Positions 17,889 through 27,966 are shown, counted from the first letter of the stretch. The stretch is DNA of 64,000 bases from an uncultured Verrucomicrobiae bacterium (GCA_963818965.1 CAWFUG010000011.1:368724-432723), one strand, 5' to 3'. The notes: a model not told the origin generated them from the letters alone. Numbers and translations: made by a program.

Positions 17889-19829
17889 CTAGAAGAACCT
17901 GCCGAAGAGGCGCATGAGGTCGTGGTAGGTGAGATAGATGAAAAGAGCCACGAGCAGGACGATGAAGGGGATGATGAGTCGCTCCATCGTTTTGGCGGGG
18001 ATCGGTTTTTTGGTGATCCATTCCCAGAGGGAAAAGCAGATGTGGCCACCGTCTAGGACGGGAACGGGTAGGAGGTTCAAGACGCCGAGGTTCAGGCTGA
18101 TCATGCCGAGCCAGAAGAGGGCTTCTTTAACACCGACACCCCAGCTGTGCTGCATCACTTGTACGATACCGACGGGGCCCTGCATGTACTTGGGGCTGAC
18201 GTTGCCGGAAAAGAGGGCGATGAGCGTTCTCCACGTCTCTTTAAAGACATTGCCGAATAGGGCAAAGGGAGAGGGGTTGTAGACCACACGCCGATCGACT
18301 GGGGAGATCCCGAGCATCCACTGATGGTTAATCCCTTCGATGAGTTTTAAGGTCTCTTCTCTTTGTTCTGGATCTTCGATCTGTTCTGCGTTTTTTGTCT
18401 GTTGTTCAAAGTCTTTAGCGATCCGCTCTTTGACTGTTTCTGAATAGGGGTACTGGCTTCTCTGCACGGGGATGACGGGATTTAGGCGTCTTAAAGTGCC
18501 GCGTTCTTGGATCGGTTCAGGGGTGCCGATCGCGTGAATCATCTGGTGCAGTCCTTTCCAGTCGATGTCTGCGAGAAAGGCTTTATCTGCATCTTTCCAA
18601 AGGGCAGGTTTTTGCTCTCCCTCTTTTTTCACGATGATTTGGATGTGGCGGGTCTGCAGCTGGTGCAAAAGAGCAGAGGCGGAATCGATCGCGATCCCAT
18701 CAACGGCTACGATCTGATCTCCCACTTGGAGAGGCATATCTAGAGGAGAGCGAACAGATTCTGTCGGTGTTTGTTCCAGCGTCTCTTCATTGAGATAGGT
18801 GAGGGAATTTTCGACGAAGCCAGAAGGGTTCAGGGTATAAGGGATGAAAAAGAGATCGGAGAGCTTGGACTTGGTCTCTGAGGCGTGTTGCCAGTCTTGG
18901 AGCTCTGCTCTTTGGCTATTATCTATTTTTAAATCGGAAATCTTGAGTCGGGGCACACGGACGAGGGAGAAGGCCTCCCCTCTTCGGATGGTCAGAAGCG
19001 CTTTAGATTGATTGACCAATGAGATGAGCTGTTCCTTGGAAAAGACGACGTCGCCATCGACCCAGAGGATCCGGTCGTTGGGCAGAATCCCACTTCCATA
19101 CATGGGAGATCCCTTATTCGGCTTGCCTAACGGGTACTCGCGGTAAATGAGATAAGAAGCAGGACCGAATGCACTAAAGACGCTCGAGATGCGCTCTTCT
19201 GGCTTGGCGCGCGCATGGGAGGGAAATTGGAAGGTAAAGGGTTTTTTTTCTCCTGTAAAATAATCGACTTTTTCGCCTGAGATTTGAGGCGCAGTGTCTT
19301 CGAACACAGCGGCGTAGAGGAGATCTTGAAATTGATGAAACGGGTGGTGGTTCAACTGTTCGATCCAGTCTCCGGGGCGCACTTCTGCTTGATAGAGAGT
19401 GGAAGAGGAGTCGACCCAGCCGATGATCTTGGTGTATTCAGAGAAGGGTTTAAACCGGCCGCCTGCGATGAAGAGGAGTAAAAAAGCGAGGAAAGCAAAA
19501 CCGATGTTGACGAAGGGTCCTGCGAGGGCGACTTTGATGCGCGCTAAAGGGCCTTTCCCATAAAAGCCATCGGGGATTTGATGGGGCTCTAGCATTCCCT
19601 TCTTTTCCATCCCGGCGATCCGGACATACCCACCAAACGGGAGGACGCACAATTGCCATTTGACTCCTTGGTATTCCCAAGTGCGAAAGGGTTTTCCAAA
19701 GCCGATCGAAAAGATCTCGACGGTCATCCCCTCTCTTCTGGCGATCCAGTAATGACCGAGTTCGTGGATGAAGATGAGAAACCCTAAGCCAAGGGCTCCT
19801 AGGACGATATAGAGAAGGCTAAATAGCAT
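17889..19829 (-). CDS. rseP: Site-2 zinc metalloprotease RseP/YaeL with PDZ regions
   Basis: HELGH, LPFGGYVRIAG and NLLPVPVLDGGH motifs; directly downstream of dxr. Confidence 0.92.
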   Translation of the reverse strand: MLFSLLYIVLGALGLGFLIFIHELGHYWIARREGMTVEIFSIGFGKPFRTWEYQGVKWQLCVLPFGGYVRIAGMEKKGMLEPHQIPDGFYGKGPLARIKVALAGPFVNIGFAFLAFLLLFIAGGRFKPFSEYTKIIGWVDSSSTLYQAEVRPGDWIEQLNHHPFHQFQDLLYAAVFEDTAPQISGEKVDYFTGEKKPFTFQFPSHARAKPEERISSVFSAFGPASYLIYREYPLGKPNKGSPMYGSGILPNDRILWVDGDVVFSKEQLISLVNQSKALLTIRRGEAFSLVRVPRLKISDLKIDNSQRAELQDWQHASETKSKLSDLFFIPYTLNPSGFVENSLTYLNEETLEQTPTESVRSPLDMPLQVGDQIVAVDGIAIDSASALLHQLQTRHIQIIVKKEGEQKPALWKDADKAFLADIDWKGLHQMIHAIGTPEPIQERGTLRRLNPVIPVQRSQYPYSETVKERIAKDFEQQTKNAEQIEDPEQREETLKLIEGINHQWMLGISPVDRRVVYNPSPFALFGNVFKETWRTLIALFSGNVSPKYMQGPVGIVQVMQHSWGVGVKEALFWLGMISLNLGVLNLLPVPVLDGGHICFSLWEWITKKPIPAKTMERLIIPFIVLLVALFIYLTYHDLMRLFGRFF

Positions 19830-19831
19830 GA

Positions 19832-20980
19832 TTATTCCTTAATAGCTTGCTCTCGTGCCATCTGGTCGGTCGCGAGAATCTGTTCTAAATTTACCCCTTT
19901 CTGCGATTGAAAACGATGAAATAATCGCTCGAGTTTATGGGGAATGTCGATCCAGCGGATCTTTCCTTGAATGAATTGCTCGACGAGGACTTCATTGGCA
20001 GCGTTTAAATAACAGGGCGCATTGCCTCCGAGGTGAAGCGCTTCAAAGGCGAGGTCGAGACACAAAAAGCGGGAAGGGCGGGCGGGAAAGAAATCTAAGC
20101 GGGAAAAACGTTGGAAGTCAAAAGGAGCGAGAATTCCTTCTTCCCGTTTGGGATAGGTCAAGGCGTACTGGATGGGCAGGATCATATTCGGCTCAGACAT
20201 CTGCGCTAGAATCGAGCCGTCGCGCATTTCGACCATGCTGTGGATTAGGCTCTGAGGGTGGAAGACGACATCGATCTTTTCTACGGGCATCTGGAAGAGG
20301 AAATGGGCTTCGATCACTTCGAGGCCTTTATTCATGAGGGTGGAAGAGTCGACGGTGATCTTTGGTCCCATGCTCCAGTTGGGATGAGCGAGGGCTTGGG
20401 CTAGAGTAACTTGTTCCAACTGCTCGGGAGAATGGTGGAGGAATGGGCCACCTGACGCTGTCACGATGAGACGGCGCACTTCAGAGGGGTCTTTCCCTTC
20501 GAGGCATTGGAAGAGGGCGCTATGTTCGCTGTCGATAGGGAGGATGGAAACCCGGTTCACGCGTGCGCGCTCCATGACGTACTCCCCTGCTGCGACTAAG
20601 ACTTCCTTATTGGCGAGGGCGACGGTCTTCTTCGCCTCAATCGCAGCCAGCGTCGGGCTGATGCCGATACTGCCAGAGAGGGCGGAGACGACGCAATCGA
20701 CGCCATCTAGCGCAGCGACTTCTCTGAGTCCCTCTTCTCCTGCGACGACGCGGATGTGAGGGAGCCGTTTCTGCAATTCCAGGGCTTTTTTTTCCTCGTA
20801 GACGGCGATGAGGGTGGGATGAAATTCGTGAGCTTGGAGCTCTAGGAGATCGATGTTTGATTTAGCAGCGAGCGCTAAGACTTCAATAGATCCCTTGAGG
20901 TGGCGAACGACTTGTAATGTGCTCTTACCGATCGACCCCGTCGATCCCAATATGGAAATTCTTTTATTCATATACCCCAA
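19832..20980 (-). CDS. dxr: 1-deoxy-D-xylulose-5-phosphate reductoisomerase
   Basis: ILGSTGSIG, LANKE, PIDSEH, TASGGPF and HPNWSMGPKITVDSSTLMNKGLE motifs. Confidence 0.97.
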   Translation of the reverse strand: MGYMNKRISILGSTGSIGKSTLQVVRHLKGSIEVLALAAKSNIDLLELQAHEFHPTLIAVYEEKKALELQKRLPHIRVVAGEEGLREVAALDGVDCVVSALSGSIGISPTLAAIEAKKTVALANKEVLVAAGEYVMERARVNRVSILPIDSEHSALFQCLEGKDPSEVRRLIVTASGGPFLHHSPEQLEQVTLAQALAHPNWSMGPKITVDSSTLMNKGLEVIEAHFLFQMPVEKIDVVFHPQSLIHSMVEMRDGSILAQMSEPNMILPIQYALTYPKREEGILAPFDFQRFSRLDFFPARPSRFLCLDLAFEALHLGGNAPCYLNAANEVLVEQFIQGKIRWIDIPHKLERLFHRFQSQKGVNLEQILATDQMAREQAIKE

Positions 20981-21042
20981 AACCCTTCAAACGTTAGACG
21001 TAGTTTGGCGCAAAGACGCGCGACCACAAAGAGAGTCCTAAT

Positions 21043-21172
21043 TTGAAAATCTCCTCTCTGTGGTGAGAATTTTTTAACCACAGAGAGGGGAAACCACAGA
21101 GAGGAGATTTTCAAAACAGCTTTTCCAACCAAGAAATCTAATATGAATTTTCTCTCTGTGCTTTTCCGTTTC
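21043..21172. repeat. ACCACAGAGAG-family inverted repeat cluster, copy 1
   Basis: CTCTCTGTGGT and ACCACAGAGAGGGGAAACCACAGAGAG units; AACCAAGARATCTAATATRAATTTTCTCTCTGTG is shared with 27842. Confidence 0.8.
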
Positions 21173-21188
21173 TCACACAAATTTTGAG

Positions 21189-22166
21189 CTACCTTCGGTA
21201 TAAAGTCAATCTCCTGGTCACTCTCTTGGACAAAAGCGTGAGAAAATACAAGGCTCCAAGGAGCGTGACCACGAGCCCTGCCGTAGAGACAGGGAACTGA
21301 TGGATGGAGAGAAGGTGGCGTGCCAAAGCAACGCTCAAGAGGGAGATGAGCATCCCTAAGGCTGCTGCTAAAAAGAGCATGTGCTTGAGACGGTGGACGA
21401 GTAGGCGAGCCGTGAGAGCGGGGGCGGTGAGGAAGGTCAAAACGAGGAGGACGCCGACAGCGCGGAAGGCGCTGATGACAGTAGCTGAGGTCAGGACCAT
21501 CAGGAGGTAATTAAAAAAATGACTGGAAAACCCTTGAGAATCCCCAAAAGGTGCATCGAACACGGTCATCTTAAATTCTTTGTGAAAGAGGAGAATCAGG
21601 ATGATGTTGATACAGGCAACGGGCAAGACGATCGAGAGGTCGTGCAGGTGCAAGGCATCGACGTTTCCCATGATCGCCTCTGTTCCGATGTGAGCGTTGC
21701 GGGTGAAGAGAGTCACGAGGACGATACCTAGGGCAAAGAGGGTCGTAAAGACCAGGCCGATACTCGCATCTTCTTGTAAGCGCAAAAAATGGGTTAAGGC
21801 ATGGGTCAGTGTGGTGGTAATGAGAGCTGTAGCAAGAGAGGCTAGGAAGAGCACTTTGAGGCTGATTTGATACGCGTGCACCTCACTTGCAGGGAGAAAG
21901 GGGATGAGGATCAAGTAGGCGATGACGATTCCGATGAGTAAGGTATGAGAGAGTGAGTTAGCGAGCATGGTCATCTTCTTGAGGACCAATAAGGTTCCTG
22001 TCAGGGCAGAGGAGATAGCGACGAGGCAGAGAACAAAGATCTGGATTTCGTCTGAAGCCAAATTCTCGAGGGAAAGCTGCCCCGTACATAGGGCGAATAC
22101 TCTCTGAAAAAAAATCAGGAAGAAACTGAAAAAATCTTGATTGAAGTAGGGATTGGCAGCGAACAT
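21189..22166 (-). CDS. ytgD: Metal ABC transporter permease YtgD/TroD
   Basis: ABC-3 permease (MLANSLSH, EDASIGLVFTTLFALG, AFRAVGV). Start set at ATG 22166 (MFAANPYF), which overlaps the ytgC stop as TGATG. Confidence 0.85.
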   Translation of the reverse strand: MFAANPYFNQDFFSFFLIFFQRVFALCTGQLSLENLASDEIQIFVLCLVAISSALTGTLLVLKKMTMLANSLSHTLLIGIVIAYLILIPFLPASEVHAYQISLKVLFLASLATALITTTLTHALTHFLRLQEDASIGLVFTTLFALGIVLVTLFTRNAHIGTEAIMGNVDALHLHDLSIVLPVACINIILILLFHKEFKMTVFDAPFGDSQGFSSHFFNYLLMVLTSATVISAFRAVGVLLVLTFLTAPALTARLLVHRLKHMLFLAAALGMLISLLSVALARHLLSIHQFPVSTAGLVVTLLGALYFLTLLSKRVTRRLTLYRR

Positions 22167-23494
22167 CACAACGTCTCCTCCTTCGATGGAATCGGTTGAG
22201 CATGGGGGTCTCGTTTGGGATCGCCCAACTGTTCTGAGAGCATCTTCTCGAGCTCGGGGGAGATGATATGCTCCATCTCTTCTGCGCTGTGGTGCACTTT
22301 CTCTGCCCCCTGTCCTAGAAAGACGAGATAGGCTTCCCAGAGGCGATGGAGGCGGACGATCCGTGCTGCGCGTAGAGACCCATCGCGCGTGAGGAGGATC
22401 CTCCCTTGAATACGTTCGATCCACCCTTGTCGTTTGAGTTTGCGCAGTAAAAACCATAGAGAGGTCTTGGAACAGAGTTGTCTCTCATAGAGTTTTTTAA
22501 AATTCACTCCTCTTTCGTCCCCTTCCCGCCAGAGGAGTTTCATCATGTTCTCCTGCAAACACTGTCTGCGAAAGCGCATGACGCGCACACAGCGAGTGAG
22601 AAGTCCATTTTGAGGCGCAAATAAAAGGGAGAAGAGTGCGAAGCTCGCAGCCGAGAGCAAGATCAACGGACCTGTCGGTAGGATAAAGGACTCGCTCCAC
22701 CCCAAGCGAGTCGCCCACAGGGGAATTTCGATAGAGAGGTAATTTCCAAAAAATCCACTTAAGGCGCCAATGCCCCCTGCCAAGATCAATACCCAAGAGA
22801 GTCGATGGGTCCACTGGCGTGCAGCCACTGCGGGAGCAATTAACATCCCTGCCATCAGAACGACGCCAACGCTCCGGATGCCGATCACGATACTCAAGAC
22901 GAGGAGAAAAAACAGGAGCGTATCGACTCCATGTGTTCTCACACCGACGCTTTTCGAAAAGTCTTTATCGAAAATCGCCATGGCGATTTGAGTCTGCAAG
23001 AGAAAAAGAGCTACGATGACAAAGAGAGCGAGAGCAGCGTAGAGAAAAATATGAATGGTCGTCATCGTCGCCGCTTGTCCGTACAAGAAAATCTGCACCG
23101 TCTTGTACCAAAGGGGGTGGGAAAACTGAACGCGGCTCGCGCAGAGGACACCGACGCCAAAGAAGAGGGAGAGGACAAAACAGAGCGCTGCATCATTTTT
23201 AACACGCCATTTTCCCTCCATCCGATCGACGAGCCAAAGACCTAAGAGCGCAGTTAAAAAAGCGCCGATCAAAACGGCGATCGGCAATAGATCCTGCCTT
23301 CCAGGAAAGAGAAAAGACAAACCTAATACACTTAAGACGACCCCAGGATAGGCGGCGTGAGAGAGTGTCTCACCGAGGAGAGAGCGCTTTTTTAAAAAGA
23401 CGAGGACGCCGATGAGAGCAGAAGAGAGGCACATCAAGATGCTTCCGATCATTGGAGCTTGGAAAATGGGATCGGTAAAATAGCTAAGAAACAT
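22166..23494 (-). CDS. ytgC: YtgC permease fused to DtxR-family repressor YtgR
   Basis: ABC-3 permease followed by DtxR motifs IVRLHRLWEAYL, VHHSAEEMEH and DPHAQPIP. Confidence 0.9.
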   Translation of the reverse strand: MFLSYFTDPIFQAPMIGSILMCLSSALIGVLVFLKKRSLLGETLSHAAYPGVVLSVLGLSFLFPGRQDLLPIAVLIGAFLTALLGLWLVDRMEGKWRVKNDAALCFVLSLFFGVGVLCASRVQFSHPLWYKTVQIFLYGQAATMTTIHIFLYAALALFVIVALFLLQTQIAMAIFDKDFSKSVGVRTHGVDTLLFFLLVLSIVIGIRSVGVVLMAGMLIAPAVAARQWTHRLSWVLILAGGIGALSGFFGNYLSIEIPLWATRLGWSESFILPTGPLILLSAASFALFSLLFAPQNGLLTRCVRVMRFRRQCLQENMMKLLWREGDERGVNFKKLYERQLCSKTSLWFLLRKLKRQGWIERIQGRILLTRDGSLRAARIVRLHRLWEAYLVFLGQGAEKVHHSAEEMEHIISPELEKMLSEQLGDPKRDPHAQPIPSKEETL

Positions 23495-24277
23495 CTACTT
23501 GCGCCCTGAAGTTTTGTTTTGCGTCAGTTTTGTCGCCTCATCCAAAAGAGCACCCCCTTTTCCATAGGTGCGCAAAATATTTTCCTGATGAAACACTTCT
23601 GAGACGGGGCCACTTGCGATCAAGCAAGTGTTAAGGAGGATGAGCCAATCGAAATAGGCAGCGACTGTCGTCAGGTCGTGGTGGACGACGAGCAGGGTTT
23701 TCCCTTGGGTTTTCAATTGATCCATTAACGTGATGATCGCTTTCTCTGTCGCCATATCGACTCCTGCAAAAGGCTCATCCATTAAATAGAGATCGGCATC
23801 TTGTAGAAGAGCCCTTGCGATGAAGATACGCTGCTGCTGTCCGCCAGAGAGTTGGCTGATCTGCCGTTTGGCAAAGCCGGCCATCCCCACCATTTCAAGA
23901 GCTTGCATCGCCGCCTGCTTATCCGCGACTTTAGGCCATTTGAACCACCCTAATTTTCCATAGCGCCCCATGAGGACCACTTCAAAAGCTGTGATCGGAA
24001 AATCCCAATCGACAGAATTTCTCTGGGGAACATAAGCCACCCTTTTTCTCACTCTCTTAAGCGGAGCCCCGAAAAACTCCACTTTTCCCGAAAGGGTCTC
24101 TGTCATCCCCAAAATCGCCTTAAGCAAAGTGCTTTTTCCTGCGCCGTTGGGTCCGATGATCCCGACTAATTTACCGCAAGGGATCGTACAGTAGATATCC
24201 CAGAGCACCGATGTCTTGTCATAATTGACCGTGAGCTGTTCGATGTGGATTGCGGGTTCTTCTCTATCTGTCTTCAT
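23495..24277 (-). CDS. ytgB: Metal ABC transporter ATPase YtgB/TroB
   Basis: GPNGAGKST, LSGGQQQR and DEPFAGVD motifs. Confidence 0.92.
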   Translation of the reverse strand: MKTDREEPAIHIEQLTVNYDKTSVLWDIYCTIPCGKLVGIIGPNGAGKSTLLKAILGMTETLSGKVEFFGAPLKRVRKRVAYVPQRNSVDWDFPITAFEVVLMGRYGKLGWFKWPKVADKQAAMQALEMVGMAGFAKRQISQLSGGQQQRIFIARALLQDADLYLMDEPFAGVDMATEKAIITLMDQLKTQGKTLLVVHHDLTTVAAYFDWLILLNTCLIASGPVSEVFHQENILRTYGKGGALLDEATKLTQNKTSGRK

Positions 24278-25259
24278 GAGAGCTTCCCCAAGTTTGGATC
24301 AAAATAGCTGCATCGTGCCCGATCATCTTCAGATAGGTATCCGCATCGCTGCCAGGAGGACCCATCGCATCTCCGTAGAGGATTTCCTCAGAAATGGCGA
24401 CTTTGAGTTTTTTTTGCGCGCATACCTGGATGATCTTATTCAAAGAATCGCGCGAGACATTGGACTCGGGGAAGACGGTGTGGATCTGATAAGCGATGAG
24501 ATGATCGACGACGGAGCGGATGTTCGCAGCGCTGAGCTGTCCATCAGGAGAGAGTCCCTCTGGGGCATCGAACCTAGCCTCCCAGCGATTGTCTAAGATC
24601 TCTTGCTCTGTAGCGAGATAACTCCTCGCAAAGTAGTTAAACGCATCGTGGCTGGTCACCAAGTAGCGCCTTTGTTCAGGGATCTGATGCAACGCATCGA
24701 GAATGGCCGCATGGGTCTTTAACATCTCCTCTTTTAGGGATCTACCATTTGCAGCATAATACTCTTTTCCCTCCAGATCTTTCTCTGTTAAAGCGGAGAC
24801 GATTGGATCTACGATTTCCGCAAATAAAGAGATATCCATCCAAAAATGGGGATCGATCTCTAGCCCTTTGCGAATGAACCGTTCCGGTGTGCTTTTAAGG
24901 ACTGCATTTCCGAGACCTACTGCCTGAGAAGAGGTTTCTAATCGGTAGCGCAGACTCGCCCCGTGCTCGAGACCGAGACCATTGTAAAAAATCAATTGCG
25001 CCAAAGACAATTTTTCATCATCTCCTTTTACTAGTTCATAGCTGTGTGGGTCCATCTCCCCCACGATCAATGGCAAGTGGACGATTCTGTCCCCACCGAT
25101 CTGGGCGACGATGTCGTCTATCATCGCAGTTGTAGACAAAACTTTAAGCTTCTCTTCCTCACTCGCCCATTCTTGAAAGAGATTTATTTTTTTTTGAGAT
25201 GAACATCCCCAGATCAAAAAAGAGCACAGGAATAACAACTGGATCAAATGGCGGCACAT
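24264..25259 (-). CDS. ytgA: Metal ABC transporter substrate-binding lipoprotein YtgA/TroA
   Basis: Lipobox-like IWGC, DPHSYE, YNGLGLE, DPHFW and TSHDAFNYF motifs. Confidence 0.9.
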   Translation of the reverse strand: MCRHLIQLLFLCSFLIWGCSSQKKINLFQEWASEEEKLKVLSTTAMIDDIVAQIGGDRIVHLPLIVGEMDPHSYELVKGDDEKLSLAQLIFYNGLGLEHGASLRYRLETSSQAVGLGNAVLKSTPERFIRKGLEIDPHFWMDISLFAEIVDPIVSALTEKDLEGKEYYAANGRSLKEEMLKTHAAILDALHQIPEQRRYLVTSHDAFNYFARSYLATEQEILDNRWEARFDAPEGLSPDGQLSAANIRSVVDHLIAYQIHTVFPESNVSRDSLNKIIQVCAQKKLKVAISEEILYGDAMGPPGSDADTYLKMIGHDAAILIQTWGSSHEDR

Positions 25260-25540
25260 AGAGGAACCTTACATAAAAAGAGAGATCAAAGAGAGATCTT
25301 AGCATCTATTCCTTCAATAGTAAAGTGGGTACTTTTCCAGAGAAAGAAGCGGGTTTTTACAACTATTATTGCAAAAAATATCAACACTTCCTAAAATTGC
25401 AAGAAATGTAAACTGCCCGGAAAAACCGAGGATTAAATTCTGACAAAAACAGAACGGGGCAAAACGAAGATTGCAAATTAAACAGAATTCTGTTAAACCA
25501 AACAAACACCTAACAAACATGTCAAACAAAGGACACTGAA

Positions 25541-26074
25541 ATGAACCCAAGAGAAGAAACAATGGAAGCAAAAACTAAAAACTTGAAAGAAATCGAAGAA
25601 ATCATTGCAAAGGCGATAAAAAAAGTGAATGGACGGAAGGAAAATGACCTCTGTAAATACCTCCCCATGACCAGTGGCGGCTATATGCACCACTTCACAC
25701 TCCGTAAAATGAAAAATCGAGCACCTAGCGAACTCGGCACACTCATTGAAAAATTTATTATCAACAATGAAAAACCCTCTGCCGTTACTCCAAAACAAAG
25801 AGCTGCTAGAGGTTCTCGCAAACGCCGAGATCAAATCACCTTTACTAGAATGCAACTCGAAAGAATGCTCAATATCGCACGCTTAGCTGGAGATAAAGAG
25901 ATGATCTCTATCCTCGCCCCTAAGAAATCTCTCGCAATCTGCAAGCGAGAACTCATCTCCTCTATCCGCCATAGCCGTGTAGAACCAGAGCTCTGGAATG
26001 CATATGTCGAATCCCTAAATGCGCACCAGCAACTCGCAGCCCTCACCAGCGAAATGCTAGCGGCAAGTAAATAA
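25541..26074 (+). CDS. ddbA: Conserved chlamydial DNA-binding protein, CT066/DdbA-like
   Basis: KENDLCKYLP...GGYMHHFTL.KMK and PKQRAARGSRKRR motifs; lies between ytgA and npt1 as CT066 does. The start may be 25562. Confidence 0.75.
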   Translation: MNPREETMEAKTKNLKEIEEIIAKAIKKVNGRKENDLCKYLPMTSGGYMHHFTLRKMKNRAPSELGTLIEKFIINNEKPSAVTPKQRAARGSRKRRDQITFTRMQLERMLNIARLAGDKEMISILAPKKSLAICKRELISSIRHSRVEPELWNAYVESLNAHQQLAALTSEMLAASK

Positions 26075-26087
26075 TTTACTTCATCTT

Positions 26088-26120
26088 AGAGCCCGCTTGC
26101 ACCGCAAGCGGGCTCTTCTT
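26088..26120 (+). terminator. Intrinsic terminator
   Basis: AGAGCCCGCTTGC-ACC-GCAAGCGGGCTCT followed by TCTT. Confidence 0.75.
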
Positions 26121-26130
26121 GAGATTTCCC

Positions 26131-26158
26131 TTGAAATCAAAGAAAAGTCAGCTATAAT
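26131..26158 (+). promoter_or_regulatory. Putative sigma66 promoter of npt1
   Basis: TTGAAA-N16-TATAAT, 46 nt before ATG 26205. Confidence 0.55.
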
Positions 26159-26204
26159 TCTCTTCTTCAGTAACAATTCGATCTATCTAAGAGGAACAAA
26201 ACCA

Positions 26205-27791
26205 ATGTCTGAAACTAAGAAACCTGAATTCGGTAGATGGAGGTCATTCTTTTGGCCCGTCCATACGTTCGAGCTCAAAAAGCTCCTGCCGATGTTTTTC
26301 CTATTCTTCTTCATCAACTTCAACTACACCATCTTAAGGGACACCAAAGACGCCCTCATCGTAACGGCTCCAGGATCTGGCGCGGAAGCGATCCCCTTCT
26401 TGAAGGTATGGGGGGTGCTGCCACTGGCCATCCTTTTCATGATCGTCTACTCAAAACTGAGTAACGTCTTCAGCAAACAAAAACTGTTCTACACGACGAT
26501 CTCCTTCTTCATCGCTTATTTTGCGGTCTTCGTCTTGGTGCTCTATCCGAATAAGGATATCCTTCACCCAACGACAGCAGCAGATGCCTTACAACAGTTT
26601 CTTCCTGCGGGATTCAGCGGTTTCATCGCCCTTATCCGTAACTGGACTTACGCCCTCTTCTACGTCATGTCTGAGCTCTGGGGAAGCGTCGCGATCTCTC
26701 TTCTCTTTTGGGGATTTGCCAACGACACGACAAAAATCTCTGAATCAAAGCGCTTCTACGCCCTTTTCGGTCTAGGTGCTAACGTCGCGATGCTCGTCTC
26801 AGGACCTGCGATCATCCACTTTTCCAATATCCGCAGCAAACTCGCTGCAGGAATCGACGCCTGGGGCGTCACGCTCAACTGGATGGTGGCGATGGTCTTC
26901 TTATCAGGTCTCATCATCATGGGAATCTACTGGTGGATCGACAAAAACGTCTTGACAGATCCTCGATTCTACGATCCAGCGGAGCTCAAACGCGCTAAGA
27001 AAGAAAAACCGAAGATGTCTTTAAAAGAGAGCTTTGCCTACCTCGCGCGCTCTAAATACATCGGGTACCTGGCGATCCTCGTCATCGGTTACGGCATCGC
27101 GATCAACCTCGTCGAAGTCACCTGGAAAGGACAGCTCAAACTGCAATACCCCAATCCGAACGACTACCAGACCTTCATGGGCTACTTCTCGACCGTCACC
27201 GGAGCGATTACGATCCTGATGATGCTCTTCGTCGGAGGAAATGTCATCCGCCGTTTTGGCTGGAAAACGGGAGCGCTTATTACGCCCATCGTCCTCCTCA
27301 TTACGGGAGTCGGATTCTTCTCGTTTGTCATCTTTAGAGATTCTCTCACCGGGTTCATCGCGATGATGGGAACGACACCACTCATGCTCGCTGTCCTCTT
27401 CGGAACTGCGCAGAATGTCATGAGCAAATCGGCCAAGTATTCCCTCTTCGATCCGACTAAAGAGATGGCCTATATCCCACTCGACCAAGAAGCGAAGGTC
27501 AAGGGGAAAGCGGCGATCGACGTCGTCGGCGCCCGCCTTGGCAAATCCGGTGGTTCTTTAGTCCAGCAAGGATTGATCATCGCCTGTGGTTCGCTTGGAG
27601 CGATTACACCATTCGTCGGCATCATCCTATTCGCGATCATCTTCGCGTGGATCTTCGCCGCGAACGGCCTCAGCAAGCGCTTCCAAAAGCTCAATGCAGA
27701 GAAAGAGGAAGAGGCGAAACAACTCGCTCAAGCAGCTCCTGCTCCTATCGATGCAGAAGCAATGGCGAAAAGCACCGCACAGCCGAGCTAA
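26205..27791 (+). CDS. npt1: ATP/ADP translocase (NTT family, Npt1/Tlc)
   Basis: FNYTILRDTKD, ELWGS, INLVEVTWK and KYSLFDPTKEMAYIPLD..KVKGKAAIDV motifs; GAGG RBS before 26205. Confidence 0.93.
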   Translation: MSETKKPEFGRWRSFFWPVHTFELKKLLPMFFLFFFINFNYTILRDTKDALIVTAPGSGAEAIPFLKVWGVLPLAILFMIVYSKLSNVFSKQKLFYTTISFFIAYFAVFVLVLYPNKDILHPTTAADALQQFLPAGFSGFIALIRNWTYALFYVMSELWGSVAISLLFWGFANDTTKISESKRFYALFGLGANVAMLVSGPAIIHFSNIRSKLAAGIDAWGVTLNWMVAMVFLSGLIIMGIYWWIDKNVLTDPRFYDPAELKRAKKEKPKMSLKESFAYLARSKYIGYLAILVIGYGIAINLVEVTWKGQLKLQYPNPNDYQTFMGYFSTVTGAITILMMLFVGGNVIRRFGWKTGALITPIVLLITGVGFFSFVIFRDSLTGFIAMMGTTPLMLAVLFGTAQNVMSKSAKYSLFDPTKEMAYIPLDQEAKVKGKAAIDVVGARLGKSGGSLVQQGLIIACGSLGAITPFVGIILFAIIFAWIFAANGLSKRFQKLNAEKEEEAKQLAQAAPAPIDAEAMAKSTAQPS

Positions 27792-27809
27792 TTTCCAGCT
27801 CAAAACCTA

Positions 27810-27831
27810 AGTAGGAGAGAAATCTCCTACT
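27810..27831 (+). terminator. Hairpin after npt1
   Basis: AGTAGGAGA-GAAA-TCTCCTACT; no clear U-tail. Confidence 0.45.
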
Positions 27832-27841
27832 CGGTCTATCT

Positions 27842-27966
27842 AACCAAGAGATCTAATATAAATTTTCTCTCTGTGGTTTTCCGTCTCTGTGGTAAAAAAG
27901 ATAAAAACCACAGAGATGGGAAACCACAGAGAGAGATTTTTAATAGGAATTTTCTCTCTGTGGTAA
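27842..27966. repeat. ACCACAGAGAG-family inverted repeat cluster, copy 2
   Basis: TCTCTCTGTGGTTTTCCGTCTCTGTGGT...ACCACAGAGATGGGAAACCACAGAGAGA plus a further CTCTCTGTGGT unit. Confidence 0.8.

Noticed and set aside
21043..21172. CRISPR array interpretation of the repeat clusters
   Set aside because: Units are inverted and few, with no regular unique spacers and no cas genes.
22167..22457. 97-aa N-terminal extension of ytgD in the ORF track
   Set aside because: Overlaps the YtgR domain; the TGATG coupling at 22166 gives a better start.
25277..25298. AAAGAGAGATC tandem repeat before ytgA as a YtgR operator
   Set aside because: A direct repeat rather than the palindrome expected for DtxR proteins; no further support.
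26097..26204. Upstream TTG start for npt1
   Set aside because: Runs through the ddbA terminator and the putative promoter; the RBS supports ATG 26205.
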